NCBI GenBank assembly: GCA_012295275.1
Contig: CM022675.1
Location: 15,252,001 to 15,316,000 of the forward strand
DNA length: 64,000 nucleotides
Source: Chrysomallon squamiferum
Taxonomy: Eukaryota; Animalia; Mollusca
Direction of reading: 5' to 3'
In this document: positions 40,301 to 52,958 of the stretch, piece by piece
How the letters are laid out: each line of letters starts with the position of its first letter
How positions within the stretch are numbered: the first letter of the stretch is position 1
Program-made: the position numbers and the translations under genes
Notes under the pieces: generated by a model
What the model saw: only the letters and a program-made list of their open reading frames with translations
What the model was told of the DNA's origin: nothing
Database searches by the model: none

Positions 40301-43300
40301 GCTCATGTAGATGACCATTTTATTTTACTTTCCAAATTATAATTCTTTTTGTTTTCCTTTTGTTTTTAATCAATTTAATGCAATATATATATATATCTTA
40401 GTTTCAGTTTGAATATTTAAATAATAATTATAAAATTAAAACTACATATATTTTTTTTAATAGAAGATTTAGGTAAGTGTTGCAAAGTGTTAAAACTCAG
40501 TTGTTTTCACTGCACTACACATCAGATCTCACGGCCAGATTCAGGAATAAACCACCCTGAGATACACATTATTTATGTATATGTGTGTTCGTGTGTGTGT
40601 GTAATTAATTCCATGTTTTAAATAATTATATTAAAACTAAGTATGCCATTTTACAATCCTAATTTATATAATTAGAAACACATTTAAAAAAGTTTATTCA
40701 ATGTCTTTTTCTCCTCAAAAAGTAAATGTTTATGTTCCTACAAAACAAAAAACAAAAACAAAGAAAGGATTATGATATAGAAAGAGGGTTGATGTTATCC
40801 CAACAAATAAATCTGTTCCAGATAAACATTTTTTTTTTTTTTTTTACCTTTTTCTGTCTTTTCAAGTTTTTTAATTAGTTTATCTAAAGTTGCACTCAGC
40901 TGCTGAAAGGCTTCTTTTTTGTCAATCTTCTCACCTAGTGTTTCCTCTGCCTGAACAAACAAATACGATTATACTTTCTATATTTGCTGACAACATAGTA
41001 TTTGAATATTTGTACATCTTAAAGGTGATTTTACTGTCAACAATTGTGATTTTTATTTTAAAATTTGAAAGCTATAACATCACATTTTATTTCCGCTTAG
41101 ATTTCATATTCATCACAGTGATGTTCCAAAGTGTTAAACAGAGTTTTAATTACTTTCACAATTCAAATCTTGGACATGAATTCCATGTATTTTCTTCTGG
41201 ATTTGATATGCCAGTTAAACTGTAGTTTATGTCAGTTAGAACAATTAAAAAGTACTATGATGGTAAACGAAAGTGGGTAAATGATTGGAATGACCTATTG
41301 GTCTGTTAGATAATACCATGTATATTACAACTTATAAATTAAAATGACAGCCTTGGAGTTTTGTCACTAACCTGGCAAACATAATTATTAACGTGTAAAC
41401 AATGAAACTGTACTATATTGTATTTAGACTGTTTTTTTTATTAGATACATAAATCCTCCTAAAACACAACCCCACACACAAACTTAATTAAAATTAAATA
41501 TTAACGTTACAGCTGTAATAAATGAAGTAAATATTGCTACCTCACTGACAATGTCATCAAACTGTGATTCAATCACTGTGCGTACTTTATCCTTCATGTT
41601 CACAAACTGATCACGTTTGTTTTTGTAAGTCTTCTTCACATATTCCAGTTCTAAAAACAATTAGGTTAAATAATTTAGTGAACCAAAAGACAGTATAAAA
41701 ACAGTGTTTGTTTCTGATGATAATTAAATAACTTGTTAATGAAGATGTAAGAAGGCTTACATTTTCTCTATCTGTGATCTAATTTCATACAGAGAAATGT
41801 AAAAAGGTTACAAGTATTAACTGATTTAATTAGTCAACCAGAGATTATTTTTACAATTCTGACTTTCCTCCATCAAATGAGCTTATTATATTACTATTAA
41901 ACTTTGTTATTAGAAACAACTGCTCGCTATAACTACACAAAATAATAAAATGAAAGGATAAATAAATGTATTTACCAAAACTTTCTTTCTATCACCAAAA
42001 ATAGAGTTTAATTAAAATCCATAATATAAGTCAAAAGATCAATAACATCAATATTCATCAAAGAAAAATTCTAAAACAACAAAAACACCTCTGTACAGAA
42101 AATTAAAAGAAAACACATACTGAAATATTAAAATGAAAGAAAAATCTACATACCAAAAATAGACATAAGTAAAATCAGACTGGAAATTAAAATTGACATT
42201 GAATAACTGATAGTAAGAAAATGACAATATAAGAAGTGCTGCTCATGGTTCAAAGTCCATGCACTTTCCCAAACAAAAGAAATATACAACTACCTTTGAG
42301 GCATTTATAGACTGAGAAATAAGCATAAAAGTACACAGAGGAAACCCAACAATTTTCTAATTACTGTCTCCAACTTTTATTTTTTTTTTAAATATTTGTG
42401 TTAAAACTACCTTTATCAAACTCATCATAGACATCCTGTTCATCCTCTTCTTCTGCCTCTAGTTCCTTCTCTCTGATATAAATATATCTTTTATTTATTA
42501 CGTTACACAAAACAACAACATATAATAATAATAATAATAATAATAAATAGAAACAAATAATAAAACACTGAAAAATGAAAACAAAATAAAAACATATTTT
42601 AAAATTTTATAAACCAATTTTACTTTTAGAATAAATTTATTCATTTACACCAAAAAGCCAGAAAGAAAAATTAAATCATTCTAATGATAACATTTAACAC
42701 AGTCAAATATTTATGTATTTGGTTTTCCATTTCAGATGATTATTATAAGTACATCTTAAACATAAAATATATTTTTTATATTTCAAGTATGACATCATCT
42801 GTTTCATTCAGCCAGTAATAAACAGAAGTTTATGGTCATTTTGAATTTTGTAAATAAAATAAATAAAATAAAATAATTTCATGTTTTTACACTCTAAAAC
42901 AATTATTATATTTATAATCTGATGTATTACTGTACCACTGAGTATCATTAAAGTCATCTTAAATATTGAAACTTGTTTTAGTATAAGTGACATTACCGCT
43001 TTTTGTTTGTGTCTTTGACTTGCTCATTTTCTGATTTAGTTTTGTACCACATTCTACTGTTGTCTAAAACAGCACCTGGGGGCTGGGGTTTTATCTTCTT
43101 CAGCATTTCATTACCTGTGATATACATTTACACTTCATAGTTAACTCCTGTAATATTCTGTATATGAATAATATTATAATAAAGATATGTGAGTTTTACA
43201 CAATTCTTTCAATCATAAATCAGTGAATTACTTTAATTAAATTTTAATGTTGATAGGTATTAGTTGTATGTTTCTTGAGAGACAAAATTGGCTGCAGTTA

Positions 43301-46300
43301 CTCTGTAGGTTACTCTCATTAATTAGAGTAAGGAATCTTTTATAATACATCCCACTGAAAAGTGAATTCTGTAGTAAAACAAGGAGCCCACTGTTTTCTA
43401 ATAAAATCATTCTACTCTACAAACCCACCTTGTTCAAACTGACTTGTAGCAGATCCTGTATCCATTGACTTGGTGTTGTCTACCACTGTTCCAGGAGGCT
43501 GTGGTTTTATCTGCTTTTGTATTATGTCATCTGTAGTACATGTTGTTTATGTAAATGTTTCAGTAACACATTATTTTGTACTGATACAATAAACATAAAA
43601 TTAATTGTATTCTGTATATTTAATTGATGTATTTATGGAAAATAATTATCATGGATAAATTATTACTTATTATTTTACTAGTATGTATTTTTAGTAATCT
43701 AATATGAATTCAAAGACTAGAAATTAAAGTTCTAAACCAACTGTTTTTAATCATTCTGTGACAAAAAAAAAGATGGCTGCAGTTCTTGATTCACAAATAA
43801 CTTTGAATACAATACATTTCCTGATATCATTTCATAGAATTATATTTTTCATGGTAACCTTGCTTACACAGTATTGTTAAACTGAATTAATAGTTTAAAA
43901 ATACCTGCTAAACGATCTTGAATATTTTTCATTTCTTTAGTTAGAATATTTTTCAGGTACGTTTCAACAGGGGAACTAATTCTGTCTAATTCTGTATCTG
44001 TCTCATGTGACTGTGTCTGTTTATCTTTTCTGTCTCCAGCTAATAAGATAAATCATAAAAATGATGAAATAAATGATAATTACTACTAAATTAATTATAA
44101 AAAAAGGAATAAATGAATGTTTATGACACCAAAAAAGTCATCAATAGTAAGTGTAAAATAAGATAAATGCATGAATATTGATATTCAATATTTAAATAAA
44201 ATTTAAAAATAAGCTATAAAGCATTCTGAGTAGCTATATAAAAAAATATATATCACTAATACAGTTCAAAACCCATTCTAATGAGACAGATAACAATTAA
44301 TATCATTACATTTAAAACATTATAAAAGATTTTTTAAATTGAAAATTATAAAATTAAATACTGTTAAAATAACAAACAATCTCAAAATATTATATTTTAG
44401 TTTCATCCAAGAACAAACTGTTTTAATTCTACAATAAAGATGCATATGACAGTTTCACTTTCTAATTTAGATGTCTTTTTATTTATTTAGAGAATTAAAA
44501 ACATTAAAAGATAAACAGTTAAAAAAGGAACTTACATTTTTCTTTCTCTGAAGTTTCTAATCTTATTTTTTCTTCTAATTTTCTTTTTTCTTCTAATTTT
44601 TTTTTTTCCTCTTCTGCTCTGGCTTTTGCAGCTTCTGCTTCTTCTTTTCTTTTTTGTTCAACTGAAGAAAAAAAAACACAAACTGTCAGTTATATAGAAA
44701 ACACTTCAATTTCTGTTTTCTTTACAATTCTTTGATACTCAGAAATTTTACTTTACAAAGTCTTATATTATCTACAGAAAATAAGATAAACAAAATGCCA
44801 AACTGTGTGGTTCAAATTTGTTATATTATTTACATATTTTTGTATGATAAGCTTTGAAATTAGGTGTATGGTTTGAAATATTTTTTATGTCAAGTACTAA
44901 ATGACACACATCATGCAAGTGCCAAATTTACAGACTTCTAACTTTTAAATAGAGAGAGAAGAATCACTGTTATAGCTTTCTCAAATCTTCAAATATCATT
45001 TGCAGAAACCCATTATATCTCTAGTGTTTAGATTCTTAAATTTGAGATCTGTAATACATGTGATTTGACTGGAAAAGAATGGCCATTTTGAATCCAACAC
45101 ATATTACTTAATAAAGTAATTTAAATATTTACATGCTGTTACACTAACTCTTTCATTATCAGTTTATTTTGATATTCTGGTATTTTATAAATGATGAAGT
45201 ATAATCTATAATTTACAAGTATTCAGCATTTATGATGTTCCAGATTATTACAAGACTGTTGAAAGCATTTCTTTTGGAACTTATTTAGAAACGTTGTAAT
45301 AGAGAATGTTTCATCATAGTATTTGCTAAATATTGTTAACTATTTAAAATTATCAAACCACAGTGACAACAGATGGAATACTAATAATATGAAAGTCTGT
45401 AAAAATGTTTTCAGAAAGAAAACAAAATAAATATATATTTTTAATAGAATCTTCATACAATTATTCTTAGCAACACATTTAAATTATGTAAATATGTTAA
45501 TCCCTGAATTTTCAACTATCAGTGCTTGTTTTATTATTGCAGACTGATCATATTGTATTCTATGAAAATGACCTACTTTCTACATCAAGCAGATACTCCT
45601 GGTATTGCTCTGAACTAAGAAGAGGGTTGCAGGTTATAGAAATTGGTTTTTTCGGTGTCAGTGGTTTTAAGTAGGGATGACTGCACAGACGTCCTGTATT
45701 CACAGTGATGATGTACACACAGGTTTGAGGTTCATCAATTCGTACTATGTAATCCTCTGCACCTTCTTCACATAAAAACTGAAATGATTAATTTAATGTT
45801 TAAACCAGTCATGGGCAAACTGCTGCCCACATGCCGCATGCAGCTTTCTGAGTGGTCTGCCTAACTGTTCCATTTACACTGTAAATTAGTACATGCAGCA
45901 TGTCTCATGTGGCCCACTTCTCGAAAAAGATTGCCCATGCCTGGTTTAAACCTTGAAAAACATCAAACATGTATTTTTCTCATACATTATTTCATTTCTA
46001 AAAAATATTGGCATACATATTTACAATTTTCAAATTATGTTTTGGTTCACTTTCTTTTAACAAAAGCTTGAATAAGAATGTTTTGTTGCATGCAATGTCA
46101 TGGTAAATGGGTCCCCCTCATCAGTTGAACAAAGTAATTTTTATCATCAAATAGTGACCTTCCATTTGTGACATTAGTCTGCCAAAAAAAAAAAAAAAAA
46201 AAAAATCAACATGTACTGAACAGTCTTATTACTTGACTCAGTGACTGTTAGTGATGTTGTCACTGTGAATGTATCATTTCTTGGATGTGGGAAGCTAAAG

Positions 46301-49300
46301 GTCAGTCTCAGTTGTCAAATGCAGCTAAACTCTGAACAAGGATTCAGTTGCATATATCTCCTCTAAACAGGCAATATAGAGTTTAACAATTCATGCACTA
46401 CAGAATTTCATGCTCATATCCACTGTTTCTGTATCTATCATAGATTTTGGCAGGAACTTTGTAAAATGCAGGGTGAAGAGAAGAAAATCCATTGTTAGTT
46501 TTAATATAAGATTAATTATAATAATAACTAATTAATGGTTTTATTTTATTTGGTCTACACCTTCCAGTTTTGGCCAATTTTTGGGCTACAGTTACTTTTT
46601 TATCACACCACAAACAATAAATAAGTATCTCACAAGATTGTACATAGATCAAAGGATGGCAGGGTATAAAAATCTTCATACTGAACAATCCATTGATGTG
46701 CAAAAGCATACTGGTCACTATTACTTGTCAAAAATGGTTTTACTCACCCGAACTTCTGACTTTCGAGGTATTTGAGTCAGATCACATTTTGTTCCATTGA
46801 TATATGTCTGACTGTGATAGCGGAAAAAACTGCTTTTACTCTTTAATCGTTCATCCTAAAAAAAGAAAGTAATTTTGAACAGAGCAATATAACTAAAAAT
46901 GCGAAATAAATAGCATTAAGTCAATTTGATTTTCTTCTATTAATCACATTAGATGATTAGTCATAATATGTTATCATTTCTAACAGTTAGCACAAAATCC
47001 CAATATTATTCACTGCTTTATGCTGACTATTAAAATTTATTCTGTAGTTTCTTTTATTTGTGTATAGCACACCAATATATTTATCTAACTAATAACAACA
47101 TGTAGGTTAAAAATAATAATAGTACTAATAATTTGATTAAGATTTCATTTTTACATACATTTAATGAGGTAAAAGTATCTGGCAATTAATAGGTCCCCAC
47201 AAAACAGATATGGTAATTTACTCAAATTTACCAAGCTGAAAATTCCCACTCTGGACACAGCAAAAAAGTACATGTATTAAATATCACATAGAGCATTTTT
47301 GCTGGAATTTCATATAAGAAAATGAAACACAAAAACTGCCAGGTTTCTCCATTCATTAAAGGATTTATTTTGAAATATGTTATAATAAAAAAGTGACCAT
47401 TAACACAAAAGAAAGTATGAATGGCAAAAGGTTATTATAAGAAACTGACTGTTCTGTTAGCTAAGTAATTTTATTTTAAATTAAAACAAATCTAAATATT
47501 CACCTTTTTAGTTTCATTGTTCCAGTCATAGTCTGATTCATAATAACCCAGATATATGATTTCACCTTTTATCACTCCATCTGATAAAAAAATAATACAA
47601 GTACAAATTAAATAATGCAAAAATGGGGATTAAAGTATGCACTTCACTCAACCCTCCTCCAGATAAAATCACAAAATGTAACATTATTCATTTGCAAAAT
47701 AATAACAAAATAAGATTTACAACACAGACACACACAGACATACATTCAGATAAAGGATTAGAGAAAAGCATTAGCTTGTTTTGTATTTTACCTTCAGCAT
47801 GGTACTGTCGAATGTATTTTCCATAGCAAAATTCATAACTCCACCAGTCTTTAGTCTGAAACAAAATTAAATTTAAACAAAAATAATACTGATATAATAA
47901 CTAATAGATTATCCTTTCCAGAAAAATTAGTTTATATACTGCTATATGTTTCCATATAAACAGCATGTCACAGAAACAACAAACCAAACTGACTGACTTT
48001 CTTCATTCAAGCCAGTATTACCTGTCTAGGCTAATCCAATGCAAGTTCTTTGACTAGCCTAATTCCAGGACTGTTAAATACTTAATCATTACACTACCTT
48101 AAAAAGACATTCTCCTGATTCCAGTGGTTTCAAAAGTTGTAAAATTCCTGTTTCCATAGCAACTTTTTCTTGCTCCTCTTTTTCTTTATCTCTTACACTA
48201 TGGTCAGGAAAACTACACCGATACTGTTGACCATACTTTGATACTAGTTCTATTGCACCAATAGGAATTTTCTGCAATAGAAACAATGATGTTTAAATAA
48301 TTTTACATATTAAATAATTAACAGATCTCAGAATATATAAAAAAAAGACAATGATGGCACTAATCTAAGAGGATTTATAGTCAATAATATGAAAAATATT
48401 AATGGGTTTTTTCCAAGGAGTTTTGAGGTTACAATTTCCAATTTTGAAGGACATTTTCAAGTTAAAATAAAAAAATGTCGTGTTTTGTATCAAATTTTAT
48501 ATGGTTTAATCTCTTTACTTCACAAAAACAGTTACAAGTAGCAGTAGTAGCATAAATGCACCGACACTAAATGACAGAACTCTTACTATTATTATTTTCT
48601 TAAACTATAATAATTTCAAATAAAGTTTATTTTACTAAAGTTTTATAAACATTTTTTATTGTTATCATCAATATTTTCAATAAGATTAAGTCAGTGAGTG
48701 TAGAAGAGAGGTGCTAATTATTCTATCCTTTCACTTCTGTGCAATATTTATATTTTTGCTCCTGTTTCATAAAAAATGACTGAAGTTAACAACAGCAAAT
48801 TAAAATAAGCTAAAACATTATCTTGCTGTGAAGACCTCAAACCCATGCTTTCTGTTTTTGCTACACTTTGTAAATTTGTAAAAAATCATGATGTTCAAAA
48901 GAATATTTTTACAATGCTCATGATCAAAAGAAAAAATGTTCTTTAATTGTTTTGATAAAAACAATTGATTATTATTAATGGTAATAAAATTAGTAATAAC
49001 AACTGTGGTATGGTTGTTAACTTATTTAAAAGGAAGGGCACCTACCAATACAAACAAAGTATAGAGAAACTGGTGTTGAATATATAATAATATATGTAGA
49101 AAAGTCAAGTGCTATCCTTAGACATATTACTATTAGTATTATTAGGAAATAACTGTCACTTCTAAAAACAGAAAATACATTCACAGGTCATACAAACCCA
49201 AAACCGTATGTGACTTAGCTGCAGAAAATTATGGAAATTCCTCAACGAGAGTAGTAATTACTTAAATTAGTTCATCACCTCTAGGTTGTAGTTAGTCACT

Positions 49301-49807
49301 ATGATTACACGAATATGAATAATTTGGGAGAAATCATTTTCAATTTTTGTTTATGTTGATTAACTTGACACAAATTATATTACAAATTAAAATATCTAAA
49401 TCAGTTAGTTAAAGTTAGTTAGTCAACTGAATTGTGACAGTCAGTGATTCGAATTAATAAACTAAATACTCGACTATACAACATACTTCGTAACATAAAG
49501 TAGCTGCTCTTAGTAGCTATTACTTTTATTAGTATCTATCAAGATTCAAGTATCTAATAATATAATCTTAAATCTAACTCTTAGATAAGATCATAACATA
49601 AGTCTTAGATAATCATAATCATTATCATAATGAAATAATAAATGTGGATGATTTTAAAGCTACCTCTGTGACAACAACCGGCTCACTCGCAATGTCTAAT
49701 CCATAATGAACTGTTTTAAGTTCCTCTATATCGAACAATGAAGTGCAGTAAGTGAATAACAACAAAAAAACACAGATACTTTGAAGCCAATATGTTTTGG
49801 TCGCCAT
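34332..49807 (-). CDS. OS9: Protein OS-9, ER lectin of the ERAD pathway (MRH domain), complete, ~670 aa
   Basis: 17 in-phase GT-AG exons: 49807-49664, 48271-48098, 47855-47792, 47580-47504, 46855-46748, 45778-45577, 44661-44536, 44039-43905, 43530-43429, 43114-42997, 42472-42411, 41650-41541, 40950-40848, 40186-40070, 38034-37891, 35703-35585, 34439-34332 (2013 nt). Signal peptide, then EELKTVHYGLDI, SKYGQQYRC, CLFKTKDWWSYEFCYGKYIRQYH, RYHSQTYINGTKCDL..RKSEVRFLC, RIDEPQTCVY..LCSHP; C-terminal GKIQVKII and QKKLEDNYSKVW, all characteristic of OS-9. Confidence 0.95.
37057..37719 (+). mobile_element. Probable solo LTR in OS-9 intron 15, antisense to OS-9
   Basis: Starts TGTCAC and ends GTGATA (one mismatch from GTGACA); flanks taaa/taag. 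Contains three ~60-bp direct repeats (37066-37242, U3-like), TATAAAA at 37267, a purine-rich downstream tract and ATTAAA near 37622. Right boundary uncertain. Confidence 0.5.
45806..45943. mobile_element. 138-bp hAT-superfamily MITE with intact 8-bp TSD
   Basis: TIRs cagtcatgggcaa / ttgcccatgcctg (12 of 13 match) flanked by a perfect gtttaaac duplication (45798-45805, 45944-45951). CAG termini and an 8-bp TSD are hAT hallmarks. Confidence 0.9.
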
Positions 49808-49820
49808 TTTCTTTTTCCGG
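49802..49820 (-). promoter_or_regulatory. ETS (CCGGAA) and YY1 (AAAATGGCG) motifs at the OS-9 start codon
   Basis: Minus strand reads ccggaaaaagaaaATGgcg, a typical housekeeping-promoter arrangement. Motif-based only. Confidence 0.4.
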
Positions 49821-50034
49821 ATATATAAATTCGAGATTTAAAATAATAGTGAAATAAGATTACATTAATAAATGATTAACGTCAAGAACCTTGAAATAAT
49901 AATTATTTTTTAAATAATAACTTAATATTTTAAAATTTATTTACACTCTAAAAATAATAATTCAAAAAAGGTACAAAATTTTAAACATTTTATTTATTTA
50001 TTTATTTCAAATACAATAATTTTTAGTAAAGATA

Positions 50035-50036
<2 letters not shown>

Positions 50037-50078
<42 letters not shown>
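50037..50078. repeat. (AT)n microsatellite
   Basis: Directly visible. Confidence 0.95.
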
Positions 50079-50081
<3 letters not shown>

Positions 50082-52958
50082 TATTTTAATAATAATAATA
50101 ATAAATAATTATCTGTTGTGCAAATTAAGAGTCGATCGTTACAATTAATTACTAACTAATTAATTTAAATTTGTCAAAAATTTAATAGTGTACTTTCGTA
50201 TTACGAGATTAAAAAAAAAAAAAAAAAAAAAAAAAACTATTGAGAATAATAACTAACAAAGAATTTTCAAAAACCAGAATATGAAAAAAATATAAATAAT
50301 TTTTAAAACTTTCCATTTTAATAGTACACCTTTACAAAACAAAAATTCTTGTTTTTACATGTCACACTATAGCACAGAAGCCAATACTACAAACACACGT
50401 ATTGAAGCGACAGCTGAATGTCATAGATACATAAACAATTGATATGCAGGACATTTGTGGGCGTTTGCGGGCTTATGGTTCACACGATCTGTCGCTATCA
50501 CTAAACATTTCAAGAGACAATAACTGGTGAATCTCTTACTCTACATCAATTACAGAAACAAAAAGATTACTATTCAAACATTTATTTATTTAATAATATA
50601 TTTTTGGGGACCGAACTTTATTTATTTCGATAAATTAATATACATTTATACAGCGATAGTTTCATACAAACATACATACATTACTGTGATGATTACATAC
50701 ATATATAAAAATAATATACATATTGTTCAAAGTTACTCGATTCTTTACTGTTTAGTTGCTGTTTTAGATCTAAAGGTCATTTTCAAAATAATAATAAATA
50801 CATTATTTATTGTTTTATATATATATATATATATATATTGTTTTGTAGGCGAAAGTAAAATCAGCACTGCTCTCTCGAACGGTGAATTGAGTTTTTTTTT
50901 TTAATTATTTAATACTGTAGGATAAGATAAATAACTGATTACTGTCTTAAGATGAATATAAAATTTCAGTTAAAACAAAGTAAAGCAAATCATAACACAC
51001 AAAAAATATATTACATTTTTATTTAAGACTTCAGAAAACCAGAATCATTATTTGTTAGGTTAACAGTTACAAATCATATCACACGAAGTCGATATCATCT
51101 GGACATATTACAAAATTTATCTAGAGAAGTCAAAAAGTAGATAACAGTAACAGCCAAAATAGGTTTATAAACACTAATAAAACTTTAACATTCCTATAGT
51201 AATTGTGATAATTTATTTAAAGTAAATAAATAAATACATTTCCTTTATAAATTATTACAACATAGAATTAGTCGTATGTGTATAAATATATTTAAAGAAA
51301 CATTTTTCAAAAAAATGTTTATATTCGAAACAAAATTCCACTTTCACCATAAAATTAATGTTTATTTGGTTATCAGCTTCCTAACAAATATATATATAGT
51401 GACAAAACAAGGCATATCTTTTATTCCATGTAATATTATAATGAAAGCCATTTTACATTTGTTTCAACATGGATTATTTTTATGTCTCATTGGAAGTTTT
51501 CCTTTGTACATACCCAGTGTCACAATTATAAGCAAATATTCCCAATGTACATCGTTTAAAATATGTATCGACTGTATTTATATTTAGATGGAAATAAATG
51601 TTTAAACTCAGTTTATGTTAAGCTGTCACATTTAACTATGTTTCATTATTGGAATAATTTTATTTAATCGTCCAGTGAAATAAACACAAAGGTGTGTGAC
51701 CTAAAAGGTTTGTGTATAATTTTGAGTGATGAAAACTCGATGCTTTATCATTATGGAAACAAATAAAATAAAAATCCATAACTATTTTCTTATCTGGAAA
51801 AGCGCTAAAGAGTAGTTGTTCGGATCAAACCAAGAAATAATATGCATAGATTCGTAAAATGTAGATGGCACAGAATTCATCCGAAACCTAAGAGTGTTAC
51901 TTTTAATACAGTACGAATAAATAGTGTTAATAAGAACTGTCAAAGATAGTATCTCATTCACAGGGCTCACGCAAGTCACGCACTAGTACTTCTTTACAGA
52001 GAAAAACCTGCTGATTAATTTTAAGACAGTTATTTGATTATATTTGTTTTCTTCTCCATAGTACTTTATATCCATGAATTATTATTATATTCAGGCTATT
52101 AATCTCTCACCAAAGAAATAATCGTTCATTTAACCTCTCAAGGCAACTGTCAATGCCTAAGACTTAATTCGTCACTGGCCGGCCGTACCGCAAAAGGCAT
52201 TTTATTGCACAGTAGCTATGATGCATACAAACTATCAGAGTACATTTAGCATAACCTATTTCCTTTTAATCAACTGAAAATATATTACGAGCCAACAAAT
52301 TTAAATAACGAAAAATAACTGATCAAATTCTGACTTGATAAACAAATGTTTTATTGTTTATTTTTCAAAAAGTCAGCAAGATGAATTTTTGTTTCTTGAT
52401 ATTTGATTTTATATTATTGAGTTTGAACATCCGTGGTTTAACTTAACTTAGCAAGTGCAATATATATTTTATGAGGTGACATTTATCCACTACAAGAAAA
52501 TTACTGCATTAGAATTTAGAACTGTAAGAGACACACTATATAACCAGTTTTCAGTGGCACAGTGCGCTAAGCTCAATACATAAAACAAAAGGTACATGGC
52601 TAACTGTGTGCACCAGTCTATTAGAATAATAATATCTGTTTGCTCTGTAATTTGACAGTCACAAATTGTTTCTGATATTCCAGTTATTTGTGAAAATTCT
52701 GCTACGAACTGATTTTTTTCTCAGTGACAAACAGCAATTTTAGTCAAATAATTTTGTAAAAATTAGTAAATTTAAGATTTAAAAGAGGTTAGATCTTTGA
52801 GGTCAAATAAACATTATAAAGTACTAACATGATTATTATAATTTATATAGATATTATATATGTATACTAATCGAATGTTTTATATTCAATGATTTCAGAT
52901 TATTTAATTCGTGTTGTCTGATAAATTAGGTGGAATCTTAAATTTGTGTTCAGTGTCA

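Noticed and set aside
50350-52260. Spliceosomal snRNA, U3, U17 or telomerase RNA in the OS-9/STRAD spacer
   Set aside because: No match to the U-snRNA 5' ends, U3 boxes, U17 motifs or CTAACCCTAA template that I can recall.
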